From Mizuhopecten yessoensis (lineage: Eukaryota): DNA of 64,000 nt. Under the pieces are notes generated by a model. That model did no database searches and was not told where the DNA came from. It saw only the letters and a list, made by a program, of their open reading frames with translations. The stretch spans positions 650,260-714,259 of the forward strand of contig NW_018408109.1 in the NCBI RefSeq assembly GCF_002113885.1, in the 5' to 3' direction. Shown here one piece after another: positions 12,792 to 25,778 of this stretch (position 1 is the first letter of the stretch; every line of letters begins with the position of its first letter). A program made the translations under genes and the position numbers.

Positions 12792-13584
12792 TTTGTACTC
12801 TGTAAACGTGCTAATTTTAGCGTTAGTCTTTTTTAGCGCCTTTCGCTCATTAGATATTGTTCTATATTAGGATTATGCCAACTGAGTTCCTGTATATTGC
12901 ATTTGCATATGCATTTTTTTGCGGGTGCGCTAATTCATCAATGCGCCAATCTGTTACAACTAATATATAATGCGCTATAATTTGAGTGCGCCAAAATACT
13001 TACAGTATGTATCCAATTCTTTAATCTGTTTCACTTTTTTTCATTATATCTACATTTGCTCTTCATTGCCACTATATAACACTACAAAGGCCAGTTCCGT
13101 GTTATGAGACCTTTACACAGGCGTAGTGATATCTCGAAGTGTCTGACTAATTACCGTATCGCTATTCCCTTCCGCACTAGCAAGCAGATAAGCAAAATAA
13201 CCAACTTTGATTCTATAATATACACCGTTTTATGTAAGAGTATTACAGAATAAATTGTAAATTTAATATATTGATTGATTAAATTATGGAAACAGTTTCG
13301 ATTTTTTTGTGTTTATTTTACCGAACCATATATATTTTTTACGGAAAATTGCGTTGTGAACTTAAAATAAAAATTTAAAACAATGGAAAATGTAAATAAC
13401 GCGCGTTACTCATTTTGTCTGCAATCCTGTAATCATTGTACTATGACCATTACATGGAATACACAGATAGAAGGGACATAGCTCTGTAATGCCAAATTAA
13501 GACACACCGTACCAGTAGTTGCTTCCCTTTGGTAATAAATCCGGCTAGAATTCCATCAGACCTCCTCAATCGATCATCGGCATG

Positions 13585-13768
13585 ATAACTTGTTACAGCT
13601 ATATTTGGACCTAAACTAAGGTGTTCACAGGAATTTTACATGTATTAGGGGCTATAGATCGACTTTCGGTAAAAATGACACCCCCTATGATCATATCTAA
13701 ACCCCTAATACATGTAAAATTACTCTGAACACCTTAGTTTAGGTCCAAATATAGCTGTAACAAGTTAT
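13585..13768. mobile_element. Foldback MITE, ~70-bp inverted arms
   Basis: ataacttgttacagctatatttggacctaaactaa… mirrored by …tagtttaggtccaaatatagctgtaacaagttat. Confidence 0.8.
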
Positions 13769-14127
13769 AAGGTCCCTGTGATCGCGAGTACGTATGTTAC
13801 CAGGTGAGAAACGTGTCGGGGTGAGGGAAAATCGCGTACCACACGCGGATATAATCGAGGCCCACGTGCTGGGGATGGAAACTTGCATTGCTATCGTGAC
13901 AAAGACTAGTACTGAGACCGCTGTGTGATAAACTGTTTAAACTTTATATAATACTCCCAATGAAAATTGTTGTATTCTCATAAACAATACAGTGTAGAGA
14001 ATACATTCCATATATACGAACAGGATGGACATTAGTATTGTAAATTAATTATGTCCCGTAAAATGTTCCCGAATCATAAAACACCATACATTCCAGGCCT
14101 AACGTTCATCGATAGGTGTTGTTTAAG

Positions 14128-14410
14128 AGGCAATGTAGTCTAGTGGTAGTCGACGGGCTCGTGACCGAAGGGTTTCGGGTTCGAGTCACGTCATGGCACT
14201 GTGTTTTATCTTTGAGCAAGATACTTTACTCCGCTTGAGTGCGTGGTTGGGCATGCGCAGTGCTAGAATTGTTGAATGCTAGCCATGCAGCCGAAATGCA
14301 GCACCACGGATGATAATTTGTGAACCGCTTTGAAAAGACCTACGAACTAGGTTGTGATAAAGCGGTATATAGGAACCTCAAATTGTTATTATCTATTATT
14401 ATCATTATGA
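14128..14410 (+). mobile_element. tRNA-derived SINE with conserved central domain and LINE-like (att)n tail
   Basis: A-box tagtctagtggt, B-box ggttcgagtc, core ttgagcaagatactttactcc, tail ccgctttg…aaagcggtatata…ttattatctattattatcattat. Confidence 0.75.
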
Positions 14411-16679
14411 CAAATTAAGCATGAATGTTTTAGCAAATGTTGTTATAGTCCTATGACACACATTGCTATCGATGACAAACTTACATAAAGCCTTGCATAG
14501 AAATGTGTGTTTACAATATTTACTAAAATATTCATTATTTATATTTACATTTTGATAGAGGAGCTGAGCTTTATTTAGTTATTTCGAAAAGTTCTTTGAA
14601 CAGCAAATTAAGTTTGATAAAGTTACGTTGTTATAGCCTCACAACTTTTGCCTTCTCAATGCATTGCCATGAAAGGATGCACAGTAAATATGGATATAAA
14701 GTCGTAAAGATCTAACATAATTAACTTCATTTTGATACAAAAATTTCACGGAATTGTATCTCGCATTCCCTAGTCTCGTTCAACAAGACTCTTGTCGTCT
14801 GCGCAAAGTGATCAAGCGTCTGGTTGAACGAGACTACGTCTTCCCCCACTTTGAACATCAGCGAGTTGATACAAATCTGAATAAAAGTGTGCATTGTCAC
14901 CATGAACACTACTGCATCGCCTTCGTTGAATTTTTTTAAATGTCTGTGTTAGGTCGGGTCCTGATTGGTCGACATTTAGATATTGACCGAGTTTGTTTAG
15001 ATTTGGTATGCAGATGTGTTATGGCATTGCGGTCATTTTCTGAAGAATCATTTGCAACTACATTGTTGGTTTAGGCGCCTTATGTAACGGTCCCTGTTAC
15101 AACTAGATATTGTTATACTTTATGATAAAAAATGAAATGTATGTACCCTTCCAGAGCAACTAGTTTGACATCTGCTTTAGTAAGTTAATGTTGTGTAAAA
15201 GGTTCGTGTCCTTTGTTCCTTAAGTTACCTAGGCGTTTGGAATCTAGTAATTATTTTTGGCTGTGTCTTGTATTAGATATGACTTACATAGTATTTATAT
15301 ATACGGTATATCTAGCGCAAATTGTTGTTTGCAAATGTTTGTATGTTTCAAACAAAATCAGTTCTTCTGATTCGAAAATAAATAAATAATAAATAAATAC
15401 AGGTATTCTGATTCGAAAATAAATAAATAATAAATACATACATGTATTGCTTTTTAAAAGAAGAGTTACTTCTCACAACTTTGGTGAACTGGATTGCGTT
15501 TGAATGCGTTTAAGAAGGTGCGCTCACGTGCATTATATTTGCGCGCGCGCGTGTTTGTGTGTGTACCTGTGTGCTGCACGCGTATGCGTTTTAGGCATGT
15601 ATGAACAAGTGGGACAGACCTGCTATTGTTATACACATACCACGTTATCGAGCAACAATTTTTTTATCATAGTCTAATTGAATATTTGAAGATATTTATA
15701 GACTTCTGCTGCGTATTTCAAAAGTTAATTAGTAAAAAGATCGATCGATGAATCAATCAATACATATTAGGTATATGCTGCACATTGAACATCTCGTGAT
15801 CCGATTTCTTGTTAGCTCATCTATTACAGTACATGTACACTTAGGTAAATTTTAAATAGCTCTCTCTATTCCCAGAGTGAGAGATGACGTCAGAAAAAAC
15901 AACGGATTAAAATAAGCATATTTAAACTGTCGAATGAATGGAAGAAAGACTTTATTTTTCAGATATGTTGTTTTCTAACTGTACCGTTATATTAAAAAAA
16001 AAAATGTAAAATAGAAATTGATATCGTGTTTTTATCAATTCAGTTTTTCCCATCTAAATAATAGCTCATATTTCCTATTCCACTTAGATATTTCAGATGC
16101 GTAGTAATCTAGGTTCATATGTACCTACAGAACATTATCGGAGTTAAGCGTTTATCCGTTGTCTGGTTTTACATAAATTGGTGGAAACACATTTTATTAT
16201 ACTTCAATTAAGTTAATTGGTTGTTGGTTCTTAAAACAATTATTTTTTGAATGTGCTATATCAAGTCATTTTTTGTTCTTAATTATTTTAATTTGATACA
16301 TTTCATTTCTCTGGCAAATTGAAAATATGCCTACTTCTAACAAAGCAGTGAAGTTAAGATTCTTAATAGAACAAAAGTTAAAGTGTGTCCTTCCAAGTCA
16401 CAATAAGACTTCGCTTTGGCGAAATACTGTGTGTAATAGTTCTGCATTAAATTGGTGTACACCCAGATACTTCGTATGACGTAATTATATACGTACAAAA
16501 GGATGTCAACAAAACGAGGGAAAGGGGAAATTTATCGCGCTTTTTTGTACCTCACTGAATGCGTGTGTAATCAGTTTTGTATTTGAAAAGTGTTAACAAA
16601 CACATGCACAATCTAAATTCACGCATCTTCTTATATTTATATTTAGAAACACACTAACAAACGTGAACGTCATTATGTT

Positions 16680-19247
16680 GAACACATTGTATAGCCTTTC
16701 ATCTCAGGATGCACCTTGCAAAGTATAAACATCCTGGAATTCATGGTTATTCATAAGAGGTTGTTTAAAGATTTTAAACAAATTTGACCCCGGTGACCTT
16801 GAATATAAGTCAAAGTCATTGATCCCAGCATATGCTACTGACTAAATATCAACATCCTGAGCCTTTTGGTTATTCAGAACAAGTTGTTGAAATATGTTGA
16901 TCATATTTGCTCCTTGTGACCTTGAATGTGATTCGAAGTCATACATTTAAACAAACTTGGTAGCCCTTGATCCTAGTATGCTACTGACTAAATATCATCA
17001 CCCTGGGCATTTTGGTTATTCAGAAGAAGTTGTTGAATGTTTTTCACATACTTGACCCCTGTGACCTTGAATATAGGTGAGGATCATTCATTTGAACAAT
17101 CTTGATAGCCCTTTACCCCAGCATGCTACTGGCCAAATATTATCACCCAGGGCATTTTGGTTATTCAGAAGAAGTTATAAAAAGTTTTTAACATATTTGA
17201 CCCCTGTGACCTTGAATATGGGTGAAGGTCATTCATTTGAACAAACTTTGTAGCCCTTCATCTTAGCATGCTACTGCCCAAATATCATCATCCTGTGCAT
17301 TTTGGTTATTCAGTAGAATTTTTTTTTTTTTTACATATTTGACCCCTGTGACCTTGAATACGGAGGAAGGTCATTCACGCTATTAGTCCAGTTCATTGTT
17401 TTAAGCAGACAGGAAAAATAAATCCCTCTTGTCCAGAATTGACAAAGGATAATTTTTTGCGTTCATTTGAACAAACTTTGTAGCCCTTCATCTCAGCATG
17501 CTACTGCCCAAATATGATCACCCTGTGCATTTTGGTTATTCAGAAGAAGTTATAAAAAGTTTTTAACATATTTGACCCCTGTGACCTTGAATAAGGGTGA
17601 AGATCATTCATTTGAACAAATTTTGTAGCCCTTTATCTCAGAATGCTACTGGCCAAATATCATCACCCTGGGCATTTTTGGTTATTCAGAAGAAGTTGTT
17701 CAAAAGTTTTTGAAGACAATTGACCCCTTTGACCTTGAATATTGGTGAAGGTCATTCATTTGAACAAACTTGGTAGCTCTTTACCCAAGCATGCTACTGG
17801 CCAAATATCATCACCCTGGGCATTTTGGTTATTCAGAATAAGATGTTTAAAGTTTTTAACATATTTGACCCCTGTGATTGAATATAGGTGAAGGTCATTC
17901 ATTTGAACAAACTTTGTAGCCCTTCATCTCAGCATGCTACTGCCCAAATATCATCACCCTGTGCATTTTGGTTATTCAGAAGAAGTTGTTTAAAGTTTTT
18001 TACATATTTGACCCCTGTGACCTTGAATATGGGTGAGGGTCATTCATTTAAATAAACTTGGTAGCCCTTTATCTTAGCTTGCTACTGGCCAAATATCATC
18101 ACCCAGGGCATTTTGGTTATTGAGAAGAAATTGTTTAATATTTTTCACATATTTCACCCCCGTGACCTTGATATACGTGAAGGCCATTCATTTGAACAAT
18201 CTTGATAGCCCTTTACCCCAACATGCTACTGGCCAAATATCATCACCCTGGGCATTTTGATTATTCAGAAGAAGTTGTTTAATGTTTTTAACATATTTGA
18301 CCCCTGTGATCTTGAATATTGGTGAAGGTCATTCATTTGAACAAACTGTGTAGCCCTTCATCTCAGCATGCTACTGGCCAAATATCATCACCCTTGGCAT
18401 TCTGGTTATTCAGAAGAAGTTGTTTAAAAGTTTTTTAAGACAATTGACCCCTGTGACCTTGAATATAATTAAAGGTCATTCATTTGAACAAAATTGGTAG
18501 CCCTTCACACAAGCATGCTACTGGCCAAATATCATCTCCCTGGGCAGTTTGGTTATTGAGGAGAAGATGTTTAAAGTTTTTAACATATTTGACCCCTGTG
18601 ACCTTGAATATAAGTGAAGGTCATTAATTTGAACAAACTCTGTAGCCCTTTATCTCAGCATGCTACTGGCCAAATATCATTACCCTGGGCATTTTGGTTA
18701 TTGAACAGAAGTTGTTTAAAGTTTTTAACATATTTGACCCCTGTGACCTTGAATATTGGTGAAGGTCATTCATTTGAACAAACTTTGTAGCCCTTTATCT
18801 CAGCATGCTACTGGCCAAATATCATCACCCTTGGCATTCTGGTTATTCAGAAGAAGTTGTTTAAAAGTTTTTTAGGACAACTGACCCCTGTGATCTTGGA
18901 TATAATTGAAGGTAATTCATTTGAACAAACTTGGTAGCCCTTCGCCCAAGCATGCTACTGGCCAAATATCATCTCCCTGGGCAGTTTGGTTATTGAGGAG
19001 AAGATGTTTAAAGTTTTTAATATATTTGACCCCTGTGACCTTGAAAATAGGTGAAGGTCATTAATTTGAACAAACTTTGTAGCCCTTTATCCAAGTTTGC
19101 TTCTGGCCAAATATCGACACCCTAAGCCTTTCGGTTATTAAGAAGAAGTCGTTTAAAGTAAAATATTGACGCCGGACGACGGACGGACGACGGACGCCGC
19201 GCCACGGCATAAGCTCACTTGACACTTCGTGCCAAGTGAGCTAAAAA
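16680..19247 (+). mobile_element. Non-autonomous Helentron-type (HINE) element with ~16-17 internal ~145-bp tandem units; 5' head not seen
   Basis: Repeated unit tttgacccctgtgaccttgaat…ggtcattcatttgaacaaac…gcatgctactggccaaatatc; 3' end is a GGAC/GAC microsatellite plus hairpin agctcacttg…caagtgagct and aaaaa. Confidence 0.85.
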
Positions 19248-19580
19248 TGTAATATTTATGAGCCATTTGTTTTATTTCGCTCCTTTATCTTTTTTTTTGT
19301 TTTTATTTTTTTATCATTAAATAATGAAACCATACTTAAGCAGAAAACATTTGTATAACTCACTCGGTAATCAAGCCTCGATTTTAAAATTAAGTTATGG
19401 TGTTTCAAACTAATTTGGCAATATTAAATGACCCGAAGTGCTACAATTTCAATATTGTTTTTAAATTTCAAGTTTGTATCAATTGTTTTTTTGTTTTGTT
19501 TTTTTTTTATATGGGGGAAGACAATTCTTCCTAACCTGATAAACGCATTAAACCTCTTCTGATTAACGATGACTCTACCT

Positions 19581-20050
19581 AACAAGAGATACCAGAGGGA
19601 TCTTGGCGCCAACCTTTGTACCATCTTCATTAGTCATATGTCAGTCCGATCTTTTCTCTACTTTTCTCTATCTGTTTGATCAAGTCATGCAAACAGGAAA
19701 AGACCTTAAGGTAACTTTTAGTCAAAAGTTCGTACTGCTGTGTAAAAAAGACAACCTTCAAGGTGAGTTTGTCATTACACGTATCTACTAGAACATACAG
19801 TAGAAAGAAACACAACCGGTCATTGCACTATGATGTCATTACACGTATTTACTAGAACATACAGTAGAAAGAAGTACAACCGGTCATTGCACTATGATAA
19901 AGATCTTCCTGTGGCGACCCTGTTCCATGGAGAACCTACATATCAAATTGTATAAAGATCTGTTTAGTACTTTCGGAGAAATAGACAAAACAAGTTCTTT
20001 TTAAGGACAAAGCGATGTGCATAGCCCACGTTCTGATGGTAGGCTAAAAA
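19581..20050 (+). mobile_element. Internally deleted HINE-type element (same family as 33300-34191)
   Basis: Head aacaagagataccagagggatcttggcgcc shared with 33300; tail agcccac…ctgatggtaggctaaaaa; internal ~66-bp duplication at ~19771-19897. Confidence 0.7.
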
Positions 20051-20352
20051 GGTACATTTAATTCAACATCCACAACAAGAGTTTACTAAAGGAGTTATCG
20101 CTTCTTTATTGATGCAATTGTAATCCTTATTGCAAACATTCTTCCTAAAGTACAGAAACAGCTGTTTTATTGTTGTAAAATAAAGTTTCCTCAAAAAGAT
20201 AAAACACCAAGGATGACATACCTTAGACAACACCCCAATTGAGATATAGAGCTGGGGTGAGAAATCGTGCCGGGTGAAAAACGTGTCACCTATGCCCATA
20301 TGATTTGCACAATTTCTCGGGTGAGAAATCGTGCCGGGTGAGAAATCGTGCC

Positions 20353-20354
<2 letters not shown>

Positions 20355-20422
<68 letters not shown>
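20355..20422. repeat. (GA)n microsatellite
   Basis: Over 30 perfect GA units. Confidence 0.98.
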
Positions 20423-20426
<4 letters not shown>

Positions 20427-20910
20427 GAAATTAATAATCACGACGTTTACAAGTTAGAATGTCGTTGTAATATTGATCGCAAAGCTTGTTTTGGTATGTA
20501 GGACCAAACCAAAATAAAGTTCTTATTGCCCGACCGACCTTATATTTTTCATGTCGACCCTGATACATTTTATTGGTTTGATACAGTCACTGTTATGCAT
20601 TTATTAGCCGTTTAATTGTTCAAAGTGTACATATAATTTGCTGTGCATTGTATTAGCGTTGGCTCGTGGTCAGTGTCAGAGTTTTATTTTTAAGACAGTA
20701 CATGTACCTAAGTTGCCGTGGATAATTGCGCTTTGTTAGGCCCTCTAATACATCAATGCTTCTTAATGTATCAAAATGATTAATGCATCAATTGTGGAAG
20801 GTATAGTACACCCTTGTTGTAGTAACTACTGCTTCCATATAGTATAGCCTTACTGCATCACATGTTTAAATGTAAACGAATCTTACTAAATGCATATCAT
20901 TTAAATATAA

Positions 20911-22023
20911 ACAAGAGGCCCAATGGGCCTGCATCGCTCACCTGGTATTAATCTCACACCTGTAATCTGAAAAGTGGACTAATAAATAAACAGGCAGAAT
21001 ATCAATGTTTGATTCATAAGAACATATTAAAAGATTTGAACATATGACGCCTGTGACCTTGAATGTCGAACAAGGACATTAGGTTGAAAGTGGGTCAAAG
21101 GTCATTCATTTGAACAAAATTGGCAGTCCTTCATCCCAGCATGCTACAGGCCAAATATCAGTACCCTTGGCCTTTTGCGTATTGAGTAGAGGTCGTTTGA
21201 AAAGTTTAAGACATCTGACCCTAGTGACCTTAAAAGTGGATCAAGGTCATTCATTTGAACAAAAAAATTGACAGTCCGTCATCCCAGCATGCTACAGGCC
21301 AAATATCAATACCCTTGGACTTTTGCTTAATGAGAGGATGTCGTTTAAAGATTTTAAGACATTTGACCCTAGTGACCTTGAAAGTAGGTCAAGGTCATTC
21401 ATTTGGACAAACTTGACAGTTCTTCATTCCAGCATGCTACAGGCCAAATATCAGTACCCTTGGCCTTTGGCTTATTGAGAAAAAGTCGTTTGAAGAGTTT
21501 AAGACATCTGACCCTAGTGACCTTGAAAGTGGATCAAGGTCATTCATTTGAACAAACTTGGCAGTCCTTTCTCCCAGCATGCTACAGGCAAAATATTAAT
21601 ACCCTTGGACTTTTGCTTAATGAGGGGAAGTCGTTTAAAGATTTTAAGACATCTGACCCCAGTGACCTTGAAAGTAAGCCAAGGTCATTCATTTGAATAA
21701 AATTGGTAGCCCTTCCACTTAGCATGCTACAGGCCCAAAATCAGTACCCTGGGCATTTCGGTTTTTGAGAAGAAGTTGTTGGAAGATTTTAAGACATATG
21801 ACCCCTGTGACCTTGGAAGTTGGACAAGGTCATTCATTTGAACAAACTTGGCAGTCCTTCATGCCAGCATGCTACAGGCCCAATATCAGTACCCTGGGCC
21901 TTTCGGTTATTGAGAAGAAGTTGTTGGAAGTAAAATATTGACGCCGGACGGACGGACGGACGGACGACGGACGCCGCACCACGGCATAAGCTCACTAGGC
22001 CCTTCTGGCCAGATGAGCTAAAA
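20911..22023 (+). mobile_element. Full-length HINE-type element with ~6 internal ~146-bp units
   Basis: Head aacaagaggcccaatgggcctgcatcgctcacctgg; internal units homologous to the 16.7-19.2 kb array; (ggac)n, terminal hairpin and aaaaa. Confidence 0.85.
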
Positions 22024-22478
22024 ACAAGGTACGGCATCTGTGAACCTGTGCAGGGTGGGGGAAAGAATAGGCCTGCTTGTACCCCAGATCGTAAGATGCA
22101 ACCAATGTGGAGCCCCTCCGAATCGGGTCGGTTTAATTGATGCATTAAGCATACACATGTGCATTAAGACACATTGATGTATTAGGGGGTCTAACAGCGC
22201 TTATAATATAGGATGCGATCTGCAGGTTAGAGTGACCGTCTGTAGTCTATGGGGTGGGGGTTAAGTCTGTGACGTCAGTGTTTGTGCCTCTAGCTGCCCT
22301 TTGAGTCAGTTAAACCTAGTCGTACAGGGGTCGATTTTTTACAGGATTTCAGCTGCATCATAAAATGTAATGTATCAACGTTTTAAATGTAGCAGGATTT
22401 TTAAGGGACAGATTGTATCAAACTAAAAGGCCCAGGCTGATACTTAAATACTTTAAAACAACTTCTTCTAAATAACAA

Positions 22479-22705
22479 AACAAGAGGCCCATCCCAATGG
22501 GCCTGCTTCGATTTTAACATATTTGACCCTTGTGACCCTGAAAGTGGGTCAAGGTCATTCATTTGAACATACTTGGTAGCCCTTCATCCCAGCATGCTAC
22601 AGGCCCAATACCAGTACCTTGGGCCTTTTGGTTATTGAGAAGAAGTTGTTTAAAGTAAAATATTGACGCCGGACGGACGACGGCATAAGCTCACCTGGCT
22701 AAAAA
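22479..22705 (+). mobile_element. Minimal HINE-type element with a single internal unit
   Basis: Head aacaagaggccc…aatgggcctgc, one unit, tail ggacggacgacggcataagctcacctggctaaaaa. Confidence 0.75.
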
Positions 22706-22710
22706 GCATA

Positions 22711-23072
22711 GGGTGGTGATATTTTGCCAGTAGCATGCTCAGATGATGAGCTATCAAGTTTGTTCATGTGGATGATCTTGACCCACCTTAATGTCAAGTT
22801 CACATATGACCAAATGTGTATAAACCTTTATATCAATAAACAAATGATCTGGGGTGGTGATATTTGGCAAGTTGCATGCTGAGATTAAGGGCTATAAAGT
22901 GCATCCAACTTAATGAACTTGTTAGACTTTCAAGGTCACATGGGTCAGATATGTTTAAGTCGTTTAACATGTTCTTTTAAATGTCTTACAGTTATAGATG
23001 TTAGTCCACTTTAAGGTTACACGTGAGAGATTAACACCAGTTGAGCGATGCAGGCCTTGGGCCTCTTTGTTT
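22711..23072 (-). mobile_element. Inverted, 3'-truncated HINE-type copy (~2 units)
   Basis: The reverse complement of 23036-23072 matches the head at 20911; internal sequence is the reverse complement of the ~145-bp unit. Confidence 0.75.
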
Positions 23073-23770
23073 CTATTTTGACTGGGAATTTTAAAGGATG
23101 GGGTTCACCGACTCTGACAATAATCTTGTCTTAGACTTTTGCATGTCATTATGTAATTGTAATTCTAGTGCCTTATCATATTATACATTTAAAGACTTGT
23201 TGATGAACAAATGACTTTAATTCAATTATATTAAGTCCATTCTTCAAGTACCTTAAACCCCAAACAAAAAGGCCCCATTACAATGGTATTGTAATACCAT
23301 TACTTGGTGTTAAACAAAATGAAATATCAGTGAAAGCTTCACAAAATACCACACCAATTGAAAACACAAACGACCTTGAAATTACGTTGGTTATTCCATA
23401 AACAGTTAGGTGGGTCAAATAATGATTTATTTCTATGTGTCGCTTTGGCCTGCTCAACACAAAATCTAGGAATGGAGGGATATTTTTATTTGCGTATTTA
23501 TTTTACGTGAATAAAACATGATATATTTGGTATCATTCATACTTCATTAAAATAATAACATACTTTAAACATTCACGGAGGTTTTCATCACCAGAAAAAA
23601 AAAAGTTTTTCCCATCTACCCTATTTTTTGGGAGAAGGAAACACACAAATATTGTTATTTGGCCTAGTCTATATATTCAATATATGATCCAGCTATAATT
23701 TATATGATGTAAAGTTAAATGACAATATGGCGATTCTATTTGTAATTTGAGTGGGACTTGCAACCCACAG

Positions 23771-23882
23771 GGCCCACTTGTATAAAACATCTCAAAAAAA
23801 CAATCTCAAGCAATGTATTGTCTATGGGAAAACTTAGACTTGAGGAAATCTCAAGAGTTGAGATGTTTTATACAAGTGGGCC
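23771..23882. mobile_element. ~112-bp MITE, GGCCC termini, possible CAG TSD (PIF/Harbinger-like)
   Basis: ggcccacttgtataaaacatctcaa … ttgagatgttttatacaagtgggcc, flanked by cag on both sides. Confidence 0.75.
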
Positions 23883-23899
23883 CAGGTCAATACGTTCTT

Positions 23900-23944
23900 C
23901 ACGTGCGGAAGTAACTGAACTTCCTGTTGGTTGCCGTTAGCAAC
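23900..23944. promoter_or_regulatory. Candidate cis-regulatory cluster: E-box, two ETS cores, RFX X-box
   Basis: cacgtg, cggaagt, acttcctg and GTTGCCGTTAGCAAC (23930-23944) within 45 bp. Motif match only. Confidence 0.3.
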
Positions 23945-24693
23945 CCCGATCCCCCCTTCAGAACTACCCCATCATCAGTTTTATACTTTGTTGATTTAAC
24001 AAAGACAAATTAGAGCCAGCATTTTTATAACATCATTTATTTCTTTAAAATTACGTCCTGAACATATTATAATCAACCATGTTTTCAACAATATTCAATA
24101 CATACCCAAAGAAACAAGCACACATCACATTTCGCTATCACATCCGGTTAACTATACTACTATATATTAAAACACTTGAACGCCATATACCAATCATGTT
24201 ATAAAATTCAAAGTGACGTCATAGTCTCTCGGAAAATCTAGCGTCATCGTATGACGATCTACATATATTTCGATGACGTCTTTAGACACACAACATTCTG
24301 CTAATGACGTAGCATTTTGAGCACCTTGAGACGTGAAATCATATATGCTAATCAAGCAGAAGAATATATGAATTCGTAAGCATTTTATGCAACTTGAAAG
24401 TTTTCTTTCTTAAACTTGATTTCTGATTTGTGACGTCATAATTGCGTCATTTACAAAAGGTAAACATTAAATAACTGTTTTAAACAAAGTAAAAGTAACA
24501 AGATTTAGAGAAGTTATTCAGCATGTTTTCTCCAAATTAACTATGGATCATTACAAATTCAAATGAGTGTTTTCTGTTCACAATAAACATCAAATAACGC
24601 TTAGCTCTGAAGCACCATTCTCATCACAAAATAATGACATCCGGTCACGCAATTCATACATCACAGGTCACGTGATATTTACTTTACGATAAG

Positions 24694-25778
24694 ACAAGAG
24701 GCCCATGGGCCTTAACGGTCACCTGAGTCTATAGTATTTATTTTTGTTGTTGAAATATGTACCAATTTGAGTAAAAAATAGTATAATGTTAACTTAACTT
24801 TGTCAGGACCATGAGCTGATCATTCCTAGACCAATTTTAAGTGAGATCGGCCTATTAGAACTTAGTAGCAAAATAGCGGCCATGGCAGCCAAATTGTATT
24901 TCTGATTGACCCGAAAAATAACAACACTTTGTCAGGACCATGATTCGATCATTCCTACAAAGTTTCAGTTCAATCGGCCAAGTAGATCTTTACTTTAAGT
25001 TTGAAATAGTTTNNNNNNNNNNNNNNNNNNNNNNNNNNNNNNNNNNNNNNNNNNNNNNNNNNNNNNNNNNNNNNNNNNNNNNNNNNNNNNNNNNNNNNNN
25101 NNNNNNNNNNNNNNNNNNNNNNNNNNNNNNNNNNNNNNNNNNNNNNNNNNNNNNNNNNNNNNNNNNNNNNNNNNNNNNNNNNNNNNNNNNNNNNNNNNNN
25201 NNNNNNNNNNNNNNNNNNNNNNNNNNNNNNNNNNNNNNNNNNNNNNNNNNNNNNNNNNNNNNNNNNNNNNNNNNNNNNNNNNNNNNNNNNNNNNNNNNNN
25301 NNNNNNNNNNNNNNNNNNNNNNNNNNNNNNNNNNNNNNNNNNNNNNNNNNNNNNNNNNNNNNNNNNNNNNNNNNNNNNNNNNNNNNNNNNNNNNNNNNNN
25401 NNNNNNNNNNNNNNNNNNNNNNNNNNNNNNNNNNNNNNNNNNNNNNNNNNNNNNNNNNNNNNNNNNNNNNNNGATCATTCCTACCAACTTTCAGTTCAAT
25501 CGGTCCAGCAGAACTTGACTTTAAGTTTGAAATAGGTTTTCAAAATGGCGGCCGTGGCGGCCATATTGGATTTCTGATCGACCCGAAAAATAACAACACT
25601 TTGTCAGGACCATGAGGCGATCATTCCTATCAACTTTCAGTTCAATCGGCCCAGCAGAACTTGACTTTAAGTTTGAAATGTAAAATGTTAACGGACGACG
25701 GACGACGGACGACGGACGACGACGGACGAAAACGGATAGCAATAGGTCACTTGAGCTAAAGCTCAGGTGACCTAAAAA
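24694..25778 (+). mobile_element. HINE-type element, second family, spanning an assembly gap
   Basis: Head acaagaggcccatgggccttaacggtcacctgag; repeated ccgaaaaataacaacactttgtcaggaccatga; (gac/ggac)n, hairpin aggtcacttgagctaaagctcaggtgacct and aaaaa. Confidence 0.8.
25013..25471. other. Assembly gap (N run); a second gap lies at ~46394-46497
   Basis: Runs of N. Confidence 0.99.

Noticed and set aside
24940-25518. ORFs of 165-192 aa (and ORF 46347..46634)
   Set aside because: They are made mostly of N-gap codons.
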